Positions 39,499 to 53,190 of a stretch of DNA of 64,000 bases are shown in pieces (position 1 is the first letter of the stretch; each line of letters starts with the position of its first letter). The translations under genes and the position numbers were made by a program. The notes under the pieces are model-generated. The model made no database searches, was not told the origin of the DNA, and saw only the letters and a list, made by a program, of their open reading frames with translations. The DNA is from an uncultured Pelagibacteraceae bacterium. Its GTDB lineage: Bacteria; Pseudomonadota; Alphaproteobacteria; Pelagibacterales; Pelagibacteraceae. The stretch covers positions 25,798 to 89,797 of the forward strand of contig CACEFF010000004.1 of assembly GCA_902558815.1 (NCBI GenBank). The letters run 5' to 3'.

Positions 39499-41271
39499 TT
39501 AAACTTTTAAAGGAAGAACTTTTAATAAAATCCTATTTCTTATTAAATCAATATTTAGTTGATTTAATGCTCTTATAATAAAATAAATTGTATCTTCATC
39601 AATCCTCTCTAATTCATCTTGTCCAATAACTTCTACAATTCTAAGTAATGACAAGCCTTTTTCATTGTTGTTTACCATCACTTGAATATCAGTTGGTACT
39701 TCGGATTCATTAATCTCATACAAATCATCATATTTTTTTGAGATATTAATTCCATCAGATTTTAGCGATTCTAGGAAAATTTGGTCCTTTTTTGAAAAAA
39801 AATATTTCTTATCTTTTTTAATTTTTTTAAGAAAATTATCTATATCTTTTTCAATTTTAGAATTTGAATAGTCACCATTAAAATAGTTAATAATTTTTGA
39901 CTGATGCAATATATCTTTGTTAAATTTGATATCATTTTTTTTCTCACTTTTTATATCAATATTCGTATAATAAAAGCTTGTTAAGTTATCAGGAACATCG
40001 GTAGGATTAATTTTATCTAAAACTTTTTTTAATTCTAAATCAAATGCATCATTAATACTGTCTTTTTTAAACAATTTTTTAAGTAATTTTAGTAATTTTA
40101 ATTTTTCGATCATTTCTGATTCTAAAAGAGACTTTTGATATATTAAAGCTCGGGCCTCTATATTTGATAAAGATTTGTAAGAATTTTCAGCATTTAATAA
40201 TTCATTTATGTTAAATTGAAAACGCTTATATATTTCGAATAAATCTTTTTCAGGATAATTTTTATTGTGTGCAGCTTTTTCGATTGTTGCAATTTTTTCT
40301 AATTCTGAAATTTCAATTTGATCATAAGAACTTAATAAATTTGATGAGGAAAGATATTTCCAAATTATTTTATCAGTATTATTGTTCGGCTCAAAAGAGA
40401 AATTAGGATTTACTTGATGAGCAAGATGAAAATCTAAAATTGTTTTTTCAGATATTGATGTATCAACTTTAGAAGTATATCCTAACAAGGATCTTATTTT
40501 TTTTTCAAAATAAATATCTTTAAACCCCAATTCTTTTTTTAAATCGAAAATAAGTTGGGCTTCTTCAATTTTTTCAGATTTGATTAAACAATATATGTTA
40601 AATTTAGATAAGTAATCATCTTCTAGCGGTTTCATGTTTTTAGAAAGAAATTGACATGCTTCCTTAATTTTTACTTCCGAAAGGTATTTGTCTAATAAAT
40701 ATTTAGTAAGTTTTGGATGTAAATTTATAATTTGATTTTTAATTAAGTATTCTTCAATTAAATTTAAATCTGAATTTTTGACTAACCATTTTGATCTCAA
40801 TTCTAAAAATTCTTTTTCTGAGATATTTAGTTCTGGAGAATGTGCATTTGTTAATAAAGTAATCCTCATTATTTCATTTGCATCTTCTGATAAATCTATT
40901 TTATTTAACCGTAAGAATATATTTTTAATCTGATCACCATTTGAGTTTGACCACATATTTATATCCAAATCATAATCTTCTGGATCGTACAAACCATAAA
41001 TTTTAATCTCATTTCTATCTGATATTTCACCAAGCTCTATAGACTTTTCTTTTTTTTGAGACTGCATAATATAAATTTCAGACTCATTTTGAATCTTTGT
41101 TTCACTATTTTTATCTTCTTCTAATTCAATAATTTTAGAATTTTCCTCTATTTCTTTTTCATTTAAATTCCATATATCTATCGGTTTTTCCTCAGCGTAA
41201 ACAGACATTGATAAAAATGAAATCAAGATAATTGAAAAATTCTTACTATTTAACAATTTTAAAATTTTCAT
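39499..41271 (-). CDS. Hypothetical exported alpha-helical protein (590 aa)
   Basis: Long ORF with signal-peptide-like N-terminus (VYA/EE); no recognised catalytic motif. Confidence 0.75.
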   Translation of the reverse strand: MKILKLLNSKNFSIILISFLSMSVYAEEKPIDIWNLNEKEIEENSKIIELEEDKNSETKIQNESEIYIMQSQKKEKSIELGEISDRNEIKIYGLYDPEDYDLDINMWSNSNGDQIKNIFLRLNKIDLSEDANEIMRITLLTNAHSPELNISEKEFLELRSKWLVKNSDLNLIEEYLIKNQIINLHPKLTKYLLDKYLSEVKIKEACQFLSKNMKPLEDDYLSKFNIYCLIKSEKIEEAQLIFDLKKELGFKDIYFEKKIRSLLGYTSKVDTSISEKTILDFHLAHQVNPNFSFEPNNNTDKIIWKYLSSSNLLSSYDQIEISELEKIATIEKAAHNKNYPEKDLFEIYKRFQFNINELLNAENSYKSLSNIEARALIYQKSLLESEMIEKLKLLKLLKKLFKKDSINDAFDLELKKVLDKINPTDVPDNLTSFYYTNIDIKSEKKNDIKFNKDILHQSKIINYFNGDYSNSKIEKDIDNFLKKIKKDKKYFFSKKDQIFLESLKSDGINISKKYDDLYEINESEVPTDIQVMVNNNEKGLSLLRIVEVIGQDELERIDEDTIYFIIRALNQLNIDLIRNRILLKVLPLKV

Positions 41272-41425
41272 TAGGAATTATTTTTTCAATTTCTTTTACA
41301 GGTGCTGGAAAATCTATTTTGTTAAGCAAAAAAATAACACCCAGGATAAAAATAACAGCTAAACCAAATTTTACTAATATACCAAGAATAGTAATCCTGG
41401 AACTTGTTTTTTTTATAAATTGCAT
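41246..41425 (-). CDS. 59-aa small membrane protein
   Basis: Manual translation MQFIKKTSSRITILGILVKFGLAVIFILGVIFLLNKIDFPAPVKEIEKIIPNENFKIVK; overlaps the start of the 590-aa gene. Confidence 0.7.
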   Translation of the reverse strand: MQFIKKTSSRITILGILVKFGLAVIFILGVIFLLNKIDFPAPVKEIEKIIPNENFKIVK

Positions 41426-41481
41426 ATAAATTTAGTTAATTTCAAATTAAGACATATTTGTGTTTTTTCAATAAAGAACTT

Positions 41482-41994
41482 ATGAAATCAAAAGAAAATA
41501 TTGTTTTTCTAGGTATGATGGGGTCAGGTAAAACTTCAATAGGTTTACTCTTGTCCAGAGAGCTCAAGGTGAATTTCTACGATATAGATAATTTAATTGA
41601 GTTAGAAACAGGAATGAAAATATCAAATATTTTTGAGACAAAAGGAGAGAAATTCTTTAGGGATATTGAAGAAAAAATAACTTTAAAAGTTTTAAAAAAA
41701 AGTAATATTGTTGTGTCCTTAGGTGGAGGTGCCTTTTTAAATAAAAAAATTAGAAAGGAAGTTCTAGATAATCATAAGTCTTTTTGGTTAAAATTAGATT
41801 CAAAAACAATTTTAGATAGAATTCAAAATAGCCCTAAAAGACCTATGGCTAATAAGGCTACAAAAAATGAATTAATGACTTTGATAAAAAAACGTTCTTA
41901 TATTTACTCAAAAGCCTTATATAGAGTAAATTGTAGCAATCTTAAAAAAAAAGAAATTTTAAAAAAAATTTTAGATATATATGAAACCAATTAA
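41482..41994 (+). CDS. aroK: Shikimate kinase
   Basis: GMMGSGKT, GE..FR..E, LGGG, RP; ATG at 41482 preferred over the TTG at 41458. Confidence 0.94.
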   Translation: MKSKENIVFLGMMGSGKTSIGLLLSRELKVNFYDIDNLIELETGMKISNIFETKGEKFFRDIEEKITLKVLKKSNIVVSLGGGAFLNKKIRKEVLDNHKSFWLKLDSKTILDRIQNSPKRPMANKATKNELMTLIKKRSYIYSKALYRVNCSNLKKKEILKKILDIYETN

Positions 41995-43087
41995 ATTAAT
42001 AATCAACACTAATTCACAAAAGTATCCAATCTATATTGGTCGAAATTTAATATCAACCTTTTCAAATTTGATAAAAAAAAATTCAATGAGTTTTAGAAAA
42101 TGCTTTCTTCTAGTAGATAAAAACGTTCCAAAAAAAATGATCTTAAAAATTAAAAAAAATTTACAAAACAAAAAAATTTGTATTCATAATTTTAATGCTA
42201 ATGAAAAAAATAAAAATCAAAAAACAATTAACAGTATATTAAATATTTTGTTAAAAAATAATTTTTCTAGACAAGATTGTTTAATTAGCATTGGGGGTGG
42301 AATAACAGGTGATATAGGAGGATTTGCTGCAAGTATTTTTAAAAGAGGTTTGCAGTTTATAAATATACCTACAACTCTTTTATCTCAAGTTGATTCTTCA
42401 GTGGGTGGAAAAACTGGAATAAATACACACCATGGTAAAAATCTTATTGGAAGTTTTTACCAACCAAAATTAGTAATTAGTGATAGTGATTTTTTAACAA
42501 CATTATCAAGAAGAGAAATAATTTGTGGATACGGAGAAATTCTTAAACACTCACTGATTAGAAGTAAGATTTTTTATAAATTCTTAGATAAGAATGTTTT
42601 TAAAATTTTAGACCTTAAGTCTCCATTTATAGAAAAAGCCATTCATCAAAGCTGTAAAATAAAAAAATCTGTTGTGGAAAAGGATGAAAAAGAAAATGAA
42701 TTTAGAAAAATTTTAAATTTTGGTCATACTTTTGCGCATGCTTATGAAGCATCATTAGGTTATTCAAAAAGGTTGAATCATGGTGAAGCTGTTATCTTAG
42801 GCATTTTTTCAGCGTTAAATTTTAGCTACGAAAAAAAATTATTGAATATTAAAGAATTTAGTTCAATAGCTAATCATTTAAAAAATTCAAAACTACCATT
42901 TAATCTAAAAAATTATTTTTCTTCGAAAGATCTAAACAAAATAATTTTATTTATGACAAAAGATAAAAAAAATTATTCTGAGAAAATAAATTTAATTTTG
43001 TTAAAAAAAATTGGTGTTCCAATTATTAACAAAGAGTTTAGAAAAGATGATTTAAAATCTTTTTTTAAAAAACAACTAATTAATTAG
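41981..43087 (+). CDS. aroB: 3-dehydroquinate synthase
   Basis: GGGITGD, PTTLLSQVDSSVGGKTG, LNFGHT, HGEAV. Confidence 0.96.
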   Translation: MKPIKLIINTNSQKYPIYIGRNLISTFSNLIKKNSMSFRKCFLLVDKNVPKKMILKIKKNLQNKKICIHNFNANEKNKNQKTINSILNILLKNNFSRQDCLISIGGGITGDIGGFAASIFKRGLQFINIPTTLLSQVDSSVGGKTGINTHHGKNLIGSFYQPKLVISDSDFLTTLSRREIICGYGEILKHSLIRSKIFYKFLDKNVFKILDLKSPFIEKAIHQSCKIKKSVVEKDEKENEFRKILNFGHTFAHAYEASLGYSKRLNHGEAVILGIFSALNFSYEKKLLNIKEFSSIANHLKNSKLPFNLKNYFSSKDLNKIILFMTKDKKNYSEKINLILLKKIGVPIINKEFRKDDLKSFFKKQLIN

Positions 43088-43336
43088 TATTTGTATCGAG
43101 TGAATAAATAAGTCTATTTCTTTTTTTAAAATTTTATAAATTTTTTTATTAGAATCCAATTTTTTAAATTTTTTTAATTCCATAGATTTTATAGAAATTT
43201 TTAAATGAAATTTATCTTTTGTATGCCCTGAATGACTTTTATGTAAAAAAGTTTTATCTTCTACATCGATGCTCTCGAGTTCAATTTCTTGCTTTATTTT
43301 TTTTTTTACAATTGCAATTAACTCATTTATATCCAT
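43076..43336 (-). CDS. bolA: BolA family protein
   Basis: D....H..H.GH, FHLKI, IY..L, IHSIQI; position between aroB and the J-domain gene. Confidence 0.8.
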   Translation of the reverse strand: MDINELIAIVKKKIKQEIELESIDVEDKTFLHKSHSGHTKDKFHLKISIKSMELKKFKKLDSNKKIYKILKKEIDLFIHSIQILIN

Positions 43337-43355
43337 AAATATTATTTATTATAAC

Positions 43356-43883
43356 ATGAAATATATTTGTGACTGGAATAATTGTAAAGAAAAGGGTGAG
43401 TACAAGGCACCAATTGAAAAAGATAATAGTAAAAATTTCAGAATGTTGTGTCTGCGGCATGTTAAAGAATTCAATAAGAATTGGAATTATTTTTCTGGAA
43501 TGAATGATGATCAGGTTATCAACTTTTTAAAATCAGATATGGTTTGGCATAAGCCAACTCAAAGTTTCAGTTCCTCAGACAATTTTTTTAAAGTGTTGTG
43601 GAATAACACTCTAAAAGATGAATTAGACTTAAATAATTTAAAAAGTGATTATAATCACATGCGTCAATTTAAATTTGATCATAAGGATATAAAAGCTTTT
43701 AGTATATTAGGAATATCTGTGGGATTAAAATGGCAGAAAATTCAGGAGAAATTCAAAATCCTTGTTAAAAAATTTCACCCTGATATGAATTCTGGTAATA
43801 AAAAATATGAAGAAAAATTAAAACTTATTACTTTGGCTTATACACAACTTAAAAATACTTATAGAGAAAAAATTGACACCTAA
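43356..43883 (+). CDS. J-domain (DnaJ-type) protein with N-terminal Cys/His motif
   Basis: [29 protein letters not shown]; C-terminal KKFHPD; start moved to 43356. Confidence 0.85.
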   Translation: MKYICDWNNCKEKGEYKAPIEKDNSKNFRMLCLRHVKEFNKNWNYFSGMNDDQVINFLKSDMVWHKPTQSFSSSDNFFKVLWNNTLKDELDLNNLKSDYNHMRQFKFDHKDIKAFSILGISVGLKWQKIQEKFKILVKKFHPDMNSGNKKYEEKLKLITLAYTQLKNTYREKIDT

Positions 43884-44847
43884 TTTAAATTTACAACCAG
43901 ATATAAAAGTTTCAATTAAACAAACTTTTGGCTTTGATACTGAGATGGAAGTTGATGCTTTTTCAAAAAAAAATGAATATGTGCCAGAAATTGATAAAAA
44001 TTATAAATTTGATAAAGATACGACCCTCGCAATTATATCTGGATTTGCTTTTAACAAAAGAGTTTTAGTTCAAGGGTACCATGGCACTGGCAAATCTACT
44101 CACATAGAACAAATTGCAGCTAGGCTAAACTGGCCATGCATTAGAGTTAATCTTGATAGTCATGTCAGTAGAATAGACTTAATTGGAAAAGATGCAATTG
44201 TGCTTAAAGAAGGAAAACAAATCACTCAATTTAATGAAGGTATACTGCCTTGGTCTATTCAAAATCCAGTTGCATTAGTATTTGATGAATACGATGCTGG
44301 AAGACCAGATGTTATGTTTGTTATTCAAAGAGTTCTTGAGGCTGAAGGAAGTTTTACTCTTTTAGATAAAAATAAAGTTATAAAACAAAACAAATATTTT
44401 AGATTATTTGCAACATCAAATACAATTGGTCTAGGTGATACAAGTGGTTTATATCACGGTACTCAACAAATTAATCAAGGTCAAATGGATAGATGGAATA
44501 TAGTAACTACCCTTAACTATTTAAGTCTCGACAAAGAGATGGAGATAGTGATAGCTAAAAATAAAAGCTTTAACAATCAAAAAGGTAAAGAAAAAATTGC
44601 CAATATGATAAAAGTTGCCTCTTTAACAAGAAAAGGTTTTATGGCTGGAGATATATCTACCGTGATGAGTCCAAGGACAGTTTTACATTGGGCAGAAAAT
44701 GCTGAGATATTTAAAGATATTGGATATGCATTTAGATTAACATTTTTAAATAAATGTGATGAGATAGAAAAAAATACTATTGCAGAGTATTACCAGAGGT
44801 GTTTTGGTGAAGAATTGCCAGAGTCTCTAGCAAACATTCAAATTTAG
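43873..44847 (+). CDS. cobS: CobS-type AAA+ ATPase
   Basis: [34 protein letters not shown]. Confidence 0.93.
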   Translation: MTPNLNLQPDIKVSIKQTFGFDTEMEVDAFSKKNEYVPEIDKNYKFDKDTTLAIISGFAFNKRVLVQGYHGTGKSTHIEQIAARLNWPCIRVNLDSHVSRIDLIGKDAIVLKEGKQITQFNEGILPWSIQNPVALVFDEYDAGRPDVMFVIQRVLEAEGSFTLLDKNKVIKQNKYFRLFATSNTIGLGDTSGLYHGTQQINQGQMDRWNIVTTLNYLSLDKEMEIVIAKNKSFNNQKGKEKIANMIKVASLTRKGFMAGDISTVMSPRTVLHWAENAEIFKDIGYAFRLTFLNKCDEIEKNTIAEYYQRCFGEELPESLANIQI

Positions 44848-46656
44848 ATGAGTGATAGTGGTAAAAACGCTAATTTAAAAGATAAATTAAAACTAGCCCT
44901 CGACTCAACTTTTAAAGTAATCTCAGATGACCTTCAAATTGACAAAAAAGAGAATAAAAATAAAAGTTTAAAAAAGTTTGATTTTTTTGAATTAGATAAT
45001 CTTAATACAAAAAGTGATTTTGTGAAAGCTAGAGCTGAATCGGATTCTTCGGCTTTAAAAAAAAAATTTTCTAACGATGAAATTTATAAAAAAAATTTAC
45101 CATTAAATTCGTCTTGCAAATCTCTTTATTCAATTGCAGAAAAAATAAGATATGAGTCTCTAGGTGGCAAAATGCTTAAGGGAATAAAAAAAAATTTATA
45201 TGATAATTATAATCAATTCATATCTCTCAAAAGGAAAGATCAACTCAAAACTAAAGAGGATGTGACTATAACTGAAGCTTTTGAGCTCTATATGCTTAAA
45301 GAGTTTCATGGTATAAAATTAAATTTATTATCAAACAAAATTTTAAGTTTTTGGGAAAAGGATTTAAATCAATCAGTCGGTAAGCATATTGATTTTTTAA
45401 AAGAAAATTTAGAACACCAAAGTAATTATTCAGCAAAATTTTTAGAAATACTTAAGGAAATGGATATATTCCAAAATGAAGATAATGAGGAAACCAAGAA
45501 TGAAAACCAAGACGATGATCAAAATAATCCCTCAAACGAAGATCAAGAAAGTGATAAAGAAGAGAATAAAGATAAAAAAAAGGAAGAAGAAACTGAAACT
45601 AGTTTAGATTCTGACTATAATATCGATGAATACAAATTAGATGAGCAATTAGTTGATACAGACTCCGATAAAGAGAGTAACGAACAAATAATCCAAAAAA
45701 AAAATATTAATAATTTTAATCTTGAATATAAAATATTCACTAATCAATTTGATGAAGTAACAAAGGCAGAAAATTTGGAAAATGCTGATGAGGCTTCTAA
45801 ACTTAGAAAAACATTGGATCAACAACTAGTTAGTTTTCAAGATATCATTACAAAACTTGCAAATAAACTTCAGAGACAACTATTAGCAAAACAAAATCGT
45901 GCCTGGGAATTTGACTTAGAAGAGGGACTATTAGACAGCTCAAAATTACCAAGAATAATCATGGATCCATATAATTCTTTATCTTTTAAAAAAGAAAAAG
46001 ATTTAGACTTTAAAGATACTGTTGTGACTTTATTGATTGATAATTCTGGATCAATGAGAGGAAGACCAATAACTATTGCTGCAATTTGTGCAGATATTTT
46101 ATCTAGAACTTTAGAACGCTGCTCAGTCAAAGTTGAAATTTTAGGCTTTACGACAAAAAATTGGAAAGGTGGTCAGAGTAGAGAGCTTTGGAACAAAAAA
46201 AACAAACCCAAAGCACCAGGCAGGTTAAATGATTTGAGGCATATAATTTACAAAAGTGCCGATACTCATTGGAGACAAGCAAAAAATAATTTAGGCTTTA
46301 TGTTAAAGGAAGGGCTATTAAAAGAAAATATAGATGGTGAAGCCATATCTTGGGCATTTAATAGAATAAAAAAAAGAAAAGAAGAAAGAAAAATACTTAT
46401 GGTCATCTCAGATGGTGCTCCAGTAGATGATTCTACTTTATCTGTAAATTCCGGAGATTTTTTAGAAAAACATCTAAAAAAAATTGTTAAATATGTTGAG
46501 GAAAAAACAGAAATTGAAATTTTAGCAATTGGTATAGGCCACGATGTTTCTAGATATTATAATAGAGCCATAAAGATTTCAGATGTAAATGAACTTGGGG
46601 ATGTAATGATCTCTCAATTAAGCTCACTTTTCCAAACAAAAAATAAGTTTCACTAA
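44848..46656 (+). CDS. cobT: CobT-type vWA protein
   Basis: Acidic linker, [13 protein letters not shown] motif, [24 protein letters not shown]. Confidence 0.93.
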   Translation: MSDSGKNANLKDKLKLALDSTFKVISDDLQIDKKENKNKSLKKFDFFELDNLNTKSDFVKARAESDSSALKKKFSNDEIYKKNLPLNSSCKSLYSIAEKIRYESLGGKMLKGIKKNLYDNYNQFISLKRKDQLKTKEDVTITEAFELYMLKEFHGIKLNLLSNKILSFWEKDLNQSVGKHIDFLKENLEHQSNYSAKFLEILKEMDIFQNEDNEETKNENQDDDQNNPSNEDQESDKEENKDKKKEEETETSLDSDYNIDEYKLDEQLVDTDSDKESNEQIIQKKNINNFNLEYKIFTNQFDEVTKAENLENADEASKLRKTLDQQLVSFQDIITKLANKLQRQLLAKQNRAWEFDLEEGLLDSSKLPRIIMDPYNSLSFKKEKDLDFKDTVVTLLIDNSGSMRGRPITIAAICADILSRTLERCSVKVEILGFTTKNWKGGQSRELWNKKNKPKAPGRLNDLRHIIYKSADTHWRQAKNNLGFMLKEGLLKENIDGEAISWAFNRIKKRKEERKILMVISDGAPVDDSTLSVNSGDFLEKHLKKIVKYVEEKTEIEILAIGIGHDVSRYYNRAIKISDVNELGDVMISQLSSLFQTKNKFH

Positions 46657-47933
46657 ATATTAAAAAGATCTTTATTTTTCCATTTAATATTTACCTCTGC
46701 ACCTGATCTTGTTTTTGAATTTCTACAATCAAGAATAGCAAAATTTTTTTCTAATAAAGTTTTACCAATAAATATTCCTAAACCTAAACCTGTCTTATTC
46801 TTTTTTGACATCTTAAATGATTTCAAATAAGGCTCTCCAATTTTTGACATTATATCATTTGGATAACCTTTACCATCATCTTCAATTATGATTTCAGTAA
46901 AATCATTATCACTTTTTAAACTAATAAAGACTTTATTGTTGCAAAACTTATTAGCATTACCTATAAAGTTTCTTAAACCATAAACTATTTCAATAGATTT
47001 AGGTATTTTTTTTGAATTTGAGTCTTGATCATAATTAAATAAAAATTTTTTTTCACTAGTTTCTTTAAATGAACGAATTATTTCTTTTAAATAATCTCTC
47101 ATAGTTAAATCTTCATCTATAAAATCATCTTCTTCATTAGGATTTAGAGACAATTTTTTTAAAATTTGATTACATCTTTCTATCTGACTTGATAATAATT
47201 GAATATCTTGAATTACTTCTTTATTGTCTTTAAATTGTATTAAAAGTTCTTGAGAAATTATTTTTATTGTTGATAGAGGGGTTCCTAATGAGTGGGCTGC
47301 TGCTGCTGCTTGGCCACCTAAAGATAACATTTCATGCTCTTTAGCCATAACTTCTTCCATTTTAATTAACGCTTCTTTTCTTAACCTAGACTCTTTTCCA
47401 AAAACAATAGCAAAATAATTTAAAAAAATTAAGGCAATAATTAGAGCAGTGGGGATTGAATAATAATAATAAGTATCAATGTGAAAATGATAATTCAATG
47501 GTGCAGGTAAATCTTTTGAATAAAAAGTAAGAAATATAATTATAATAATAGTAGCAATCAAAATTAACATATTGGTTTTTAAACCTAAATACGACGAAGC
47601 AAAAATACTTGGAATAATCAAAAAAATTATAAAAGGGTTTACAATACCACCTGTTAGATAAATCAAAAAAGTTAATTGAAATACGTCTATTAGTAAAAAA
47701 ACTAGAGCCGACCTATCTGACAAAAGTGTCTTTTTATAAAAATATATTAAATAAAAATTACTTAAAATACCAATTAGAATAATCAAATTTGAATATAAAA
47801 AATCAAATTTAAAATTGAAATAATAATAAACAATATAAACTGTAAATAATTGTCCAATTATAGCTATCCATCTTAAATTTATATAAACTGATTTTTTTAA
47901 AGAATTATCTTTTGAAGTTTCAAAAAACTTCAT
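46653..47933 (-). CDS. regB: RegB/ActS/PrrB family redox sensor histidine kinase
   Basis: [13 protein letters not shown] quinone motif, [10 protein letters not shown]-box, RC redox Cys, DDG.G, GLGLG. Confidence 0.92.
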   Translation of the reverse strand: MKFFETSKDNSLKKSVYINLRWIAIIGQLFTVYIVYYYFNFKFDFLYSNLIILIGILSNFYLIYFYKKTLLSDRSALVFLLIDVFQLTFLIYLTGGIVNPFIIFLIIPSIFASSYLGLKTNMLILIATIIIIIFLTFYSKDLPAPLNYHFHIDTYYYYSIPTALIIALIFLNYFAIVFGKESRLRKEALIKMEEVMAKEHEMLSLGGQAAAAAHSLGTPLSTIKIISQELLIQFKDNKEVIQDIQLLSSQIERCNQILKKLSLNPNEEDDFIDEDLTMRDYLKEIIRSFKETSEKKFLFNYDQDSNSKKIPKSIEIVYGLRNFIGNANKFCNNKVFISLKSDNDFTEIIIEDDGKGYPNDIMSKIGEPYLKSFKMSKKNKTGLGLGIFIGKTLLEKNFAILDCRNSKTRSGAEVNIKWKNKDLFNI

Positions 47934-47935
47934 TA

Positions 47936-49994
<2,059 letters not shown>

Positions 49995-50108
49995 TTTTTA
50001 ATTCTAGGAAAAAAAAATTATAACATTTTTTTTAAAAAAATTGTTATTTATCTTTAGAAAATTAGCTTAAATTTGTTAAATTATCCCTGCAAAATAAAGC
50101 TTATTTAA

Positions 50109-50198
50109 TGGTGGAGAGAATGGGATTCGAACCCATGAAAGAGTTACCCCTTTACACGCTTTCCAAGCGTGCGCCTTCAACCACTCGGCCACCTCTCC
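50109..50198 (-). tRNA. tRNA-Ser (GGA)
   Basis: GGAGAGG acceptor 5' strand, CACGC-TTGGAAA-GCGTG anticodon arm, long variable arm, GGTTCGAATCC, encoded CCA. Confidence 0.96.
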
Positions 50199-50224
50199 TC
50201 TTTTCAAATTATATATTAATAAGA

Positions 50225-51034
50225 TTATAAAATATAATCTTTATATTTATCAAAATTATTCTGTAAAAATTTGGGAAAAGAATCATCAATATTAACGATT
50301 TCATACTTATGTCCTCTATTAAACAAATCAATTTTTTTTAAAATTTTTTCCTCTATGATTTTAGGTGAAGAAAACTCATTTTTACTAAATTCCTTATGAG
50401 CAAATGTTCTTAGTTTTTTTGATATTTCATTTGGTTTCATTATATTATTGAAGTGCCATCCTCCATTTTTGAAAATTTCAATACTTTTTTCTTTATCAAT
50501 TCTTAAGAAATTATAAGTAAGGTTTTTACTTTTTACTTTCTGCCTCATAAAATCTATAGACTTTAAGTCCTTTTTTCTTGCAACTCTCGTTCCTTCCCAA
50601 GGGGATTCATGAGGATTAAATAAATTAAATTTATAATTAAAACAATTTTGTAAAAAAATTCCATATTTTTTTTTTAAATCAAAATTAATTAATATTTCTG
50701 GCTTTGGTATTTCATCTGGATCAGAGAAGAATATATAATCATCATCATTTGCATACTTTAAGTTTTTTAAAATATAGTCCCTTTGATAGGCTTGAGTTTC
50801 CCATGGATTAGAAATATTTGGAAATTGATGATCTAAAATAACGTAATCAATCTTATCTTTGAAATTGCCAAATTGATCAATCCTAAAATTAAGATTTTTA
50901 AATACTCCTCTATGGTCAAATTTAGATTCACAAATTATAAATTTATCAACATAATCATATAAAATATTAAATCTTAAATCTAATTGAAAATTTTCATCAA
51001 AAAATGTGACGCAATCATAAATTTTATTTTTCAC
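50225..51034 (-). CDS. Putative glycosyltransferase, GT17-like
   Basis: IYDC..FF.E...L.LR...L..YVD.FII.ES, QRD, FSDPDEIP, GGWHF. Confidence 0.75.
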   Translation of the reverse strand: MKNKIYDCVTFFDENFQLDLRFNILYDYVDKFIICESKFDHRGVFKNLNFRIDQFGNFKDKIDYVILDHQFPNISNPWETQAYQRDYILKNLKYANDDDYIFFSDPDEIPKPEILINFDLKKKYGIFLQNCFNYKFNLFNPHESPWEGTRVARKKDLKSIDFMRQKVKSKNLTYNFLRIDKEKSIEIFKNGGWHFNNIMKPNEISKKLRTFAHKEFSKNEFSSPKIIEEKILKKIDLFNRGHKYEIVNIDDSFPKFLQNNFDKYKDYIL

Positions 51035-51035
51035 T

Positions 51036-52064
51036 TCAATTTATCCAATTCTGTAAAATTTTTGTCAAACCAATTGACTCGTTTATTGTAACCCCTGGAA
51101 AATTTGGAATTAATCTTTTTTCTAAAATATCTTTACTAATAGCATTTATTTCATATGAGAAAATATTATTATTAAACTTTACTTCAATTTCTTTATTAAT
51201 TTTTCCTTCTAAATTTATAATTGATGGTTCAGATCTCCAGGGATCTTTAATTCTCATAATTCCCTCTGTTCCATTAATTGTCGTTTCTGTTCCCAGATCT
51301 TCTAAAAATGATGTATTAACCAAAGATACAAATCCATTATCAAAATCTAATTTTGCTCTGGCATCTATATCAACATTTGTGGAACCAATCTCAATTTTTT
51401 TATCAAGTATTTTAATATTATCAAAATTTATTTTTGAGATTGTTGAAGCAATTAAAATACTCAGAGAAACTGTATAACATCCTAGGTCAAATACTACTCC
51501 ACCACCTAAATCCTTATTGAAAAGTCTATTATCTTTACTAATTTTCTTTTTTTTTTTGAAACCAAAAACATTTTTTTTTGTTAGTAAATTAACTCCAAAA
51601 TTTGACACCATTGATTTTGGTATTCCTATGCTTTTATTTTTTATAAGATCTAATATTTTAATTATTTGCGGTGTGTGCCTGTACATAAAACCTTCTGCAA
51701 AATATAATTTTTTTTCATCAATCTGCTGTTTAATATTTTCTATTTCTGATAAATTTATAAATGCAGGTTTCTCAACAAGCACTTTTTTTCTGTTTTTTAA
51801 ACTTTTTAAGATCCATTCTTGATGCATAGAATTTGGTAATGCGATATATACAATATCTATATCGTTACATTTCAACAGATTTTCATAATTATCAAAACAG
51901 TAATCTTTATTGATATCAAATTTTTCTTGAAACAATTTAATTTTATCTAAATTATTACTTGAAATTCCTTTAAGTTCACTATTATTAGAATCTTTAAATG
52001 CTTCAGCAAACCCCAAAGCAACATTTCCTAGACCTATTATTCCCCAATTGATGTTATTTTGCAT
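51036..52064 (-). CDS. Gfo/Idh/MocA family oxidoreductase
   Basis: WGIIGLGNVA, YIALPN..H, VLVEKP, EGFMYRH, GGG...DLGCY. Confidence 0.9.
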   Translation of the reverse strand: MQNNINWGIIGLGNVALGFAEAFKDSNNSELKGISSNNLDKIKLFQEKFDINKDYCFDNYENLLKCNDIDIVYIALPNSMHQEWILKSLKNRKKVLVEKPAFINLSEIENIKQQIDEKKLYFAEGFMYRHTPQIIKILDLIKNKSIGIPKSMVSNFGVNLLTKKNVFGFKKKKKISKDNRLFNKDLGGGVVFDLGCYTVSLSILIASTISKINFDNIKILDKKIEIGSTNVDIDARAKLDFDNGFVSLVNTSFLEDLGTETTINGTEGIMRIKDPWRSEPSIINLEGKINKEIEVKFNNNIFSYEINAISKDILEKRLIPNFPGVTINESIGLTKILQNWIN

Positions 52065-52086
52065 TTCTATAAAATAATCTAATTAA

Positions 52087-53190
52087 ATGTTTAAAAAACA
52101 ACTACAACACAACTTTAAATTTTTTATACAAAAGATTTTTGTATTAATATATGGCAAAGTTAAAATTCTTAATTTAAATAACCAAAATAACGAAAAAATT
52201 GTTAAAATTGACAGTATTAAATCTGATAAAAACCCAAACAGAAATTATCTTTTATACAAAATTTATAATGGCAGAATTTACACAGATACTAATCAAAATG
52301 TAGCAATTATAGATAAAGATAACTTCATTTCTAGCTGCTCTTTCCAACATGTAAATAACGAATTCAAAGATGTTAGTTTTAACAATGTTCTGATTAAAGG
52401 TACGCCGAGGATTAAAAAAAAGTTTACTGGTACAATTTTTAATCTTACACAAGGTAGTAGTGGGAATAATTATTTTCATTTTATTTTTGATTTAATTCCA
52501 AAAATTTATCTTTTAAAAAAAGTTTTACCTATTGAGTCTATTGATTATTTTTACGTACCAAGGATAACTGAATGGCAAAAAAGAATATATTCGATATTCA
52601 ATATTAATGAGAAAAAACTTATTGATAGTGATAAATTTAGACACATCCAGGGAGATTTAGTTATTGCAGTTAGTCATCCTTGGTACTTTAAAAAAGATTT
52701 TCAAAATGAAACAAAAAATATTCCAGAATGGATCGTAAGTTATAATAGAGATAAATTTTTACCTTTAATGAAAAAATTTGATAATAATAAGAAAATTTTT
52801 TTAGATAGGTCTAGTTCTAAATATAATCATTGCCAGATAGTTAATTATAACGAAATCAGTAATATTCTTATGAACAAAGGTTTTACAAAATATAATGTTG
52901 AGAAGTTAGATTTTGAGAAACAAATATATTTATTTAATCAAGCTTCAGTAATAATTGGTGCACATGGTGCAGCTTTTACAAATTTGTTATTTTGTAAGCC
53001 AAAAGCAAAAATTATAGAGATTATACCGTCTAGTCATGAGAGTAAAAAATGTAAACGAATTAGTGAAATCCTTAATTTAGATTATCAAAGAATTGAAACC
53101 AAAGATCATTTCAAGGAAAATTATCCTGACAGCATCTTATTAGATAAATCTGATTTAAAAAAAATTGAAAATATTATTGATCTTTATTAA
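52087..53190 (+). CDS. Glycosyltransferase family 61 (DUF563) protein
   Basis: [38 protein letters not shown]. Confidence 0.82.
   Translation: MFKKQLQHNFKFFIQKIFVLIYGKVKILNLNNQNNEKIVKIDSIKSDKNPNRNYLLYKIYNGRIYTDTNQNVAIIDKDNFISSCSFQHVNNEFKDVSFNNVLIKGTPRIKKKFTGTIFNLTQGSSGNNYFHFIFDLIPKIYLLKKVLPIESIDYFYVPRITEWQKRIYSIFNINEKKLIDSDKFRHIQGDLVIAVSHPWYFKKDFQNETKNIPEWIVSYNRDKFLPLMKKFDNNKKIFLDRSSSKYNHCQIVNYNEISNILMNKGFTKYNVEKLDFEKQIYLFNQASVIIGAHGAAFTNLLFCKPKAKIIEIIPSSHESKKCKRISEILNLDYQRIETKDHFKENYPDSILLDKSDLKKIENIIDLY

Noticed and set aside
43269-43355. N-terminal extension of the J-domain ORF
   Set aside because: Antisense to bolA; the recognisable domain starts at MKYICDW.
50109-53190. Possible tRNA-Ser-integrated genomic island
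   Set aside because: The sugar genes lie on the 5' side of the tRNA, and I saw no integrase or duplicated tRNA 3' end.
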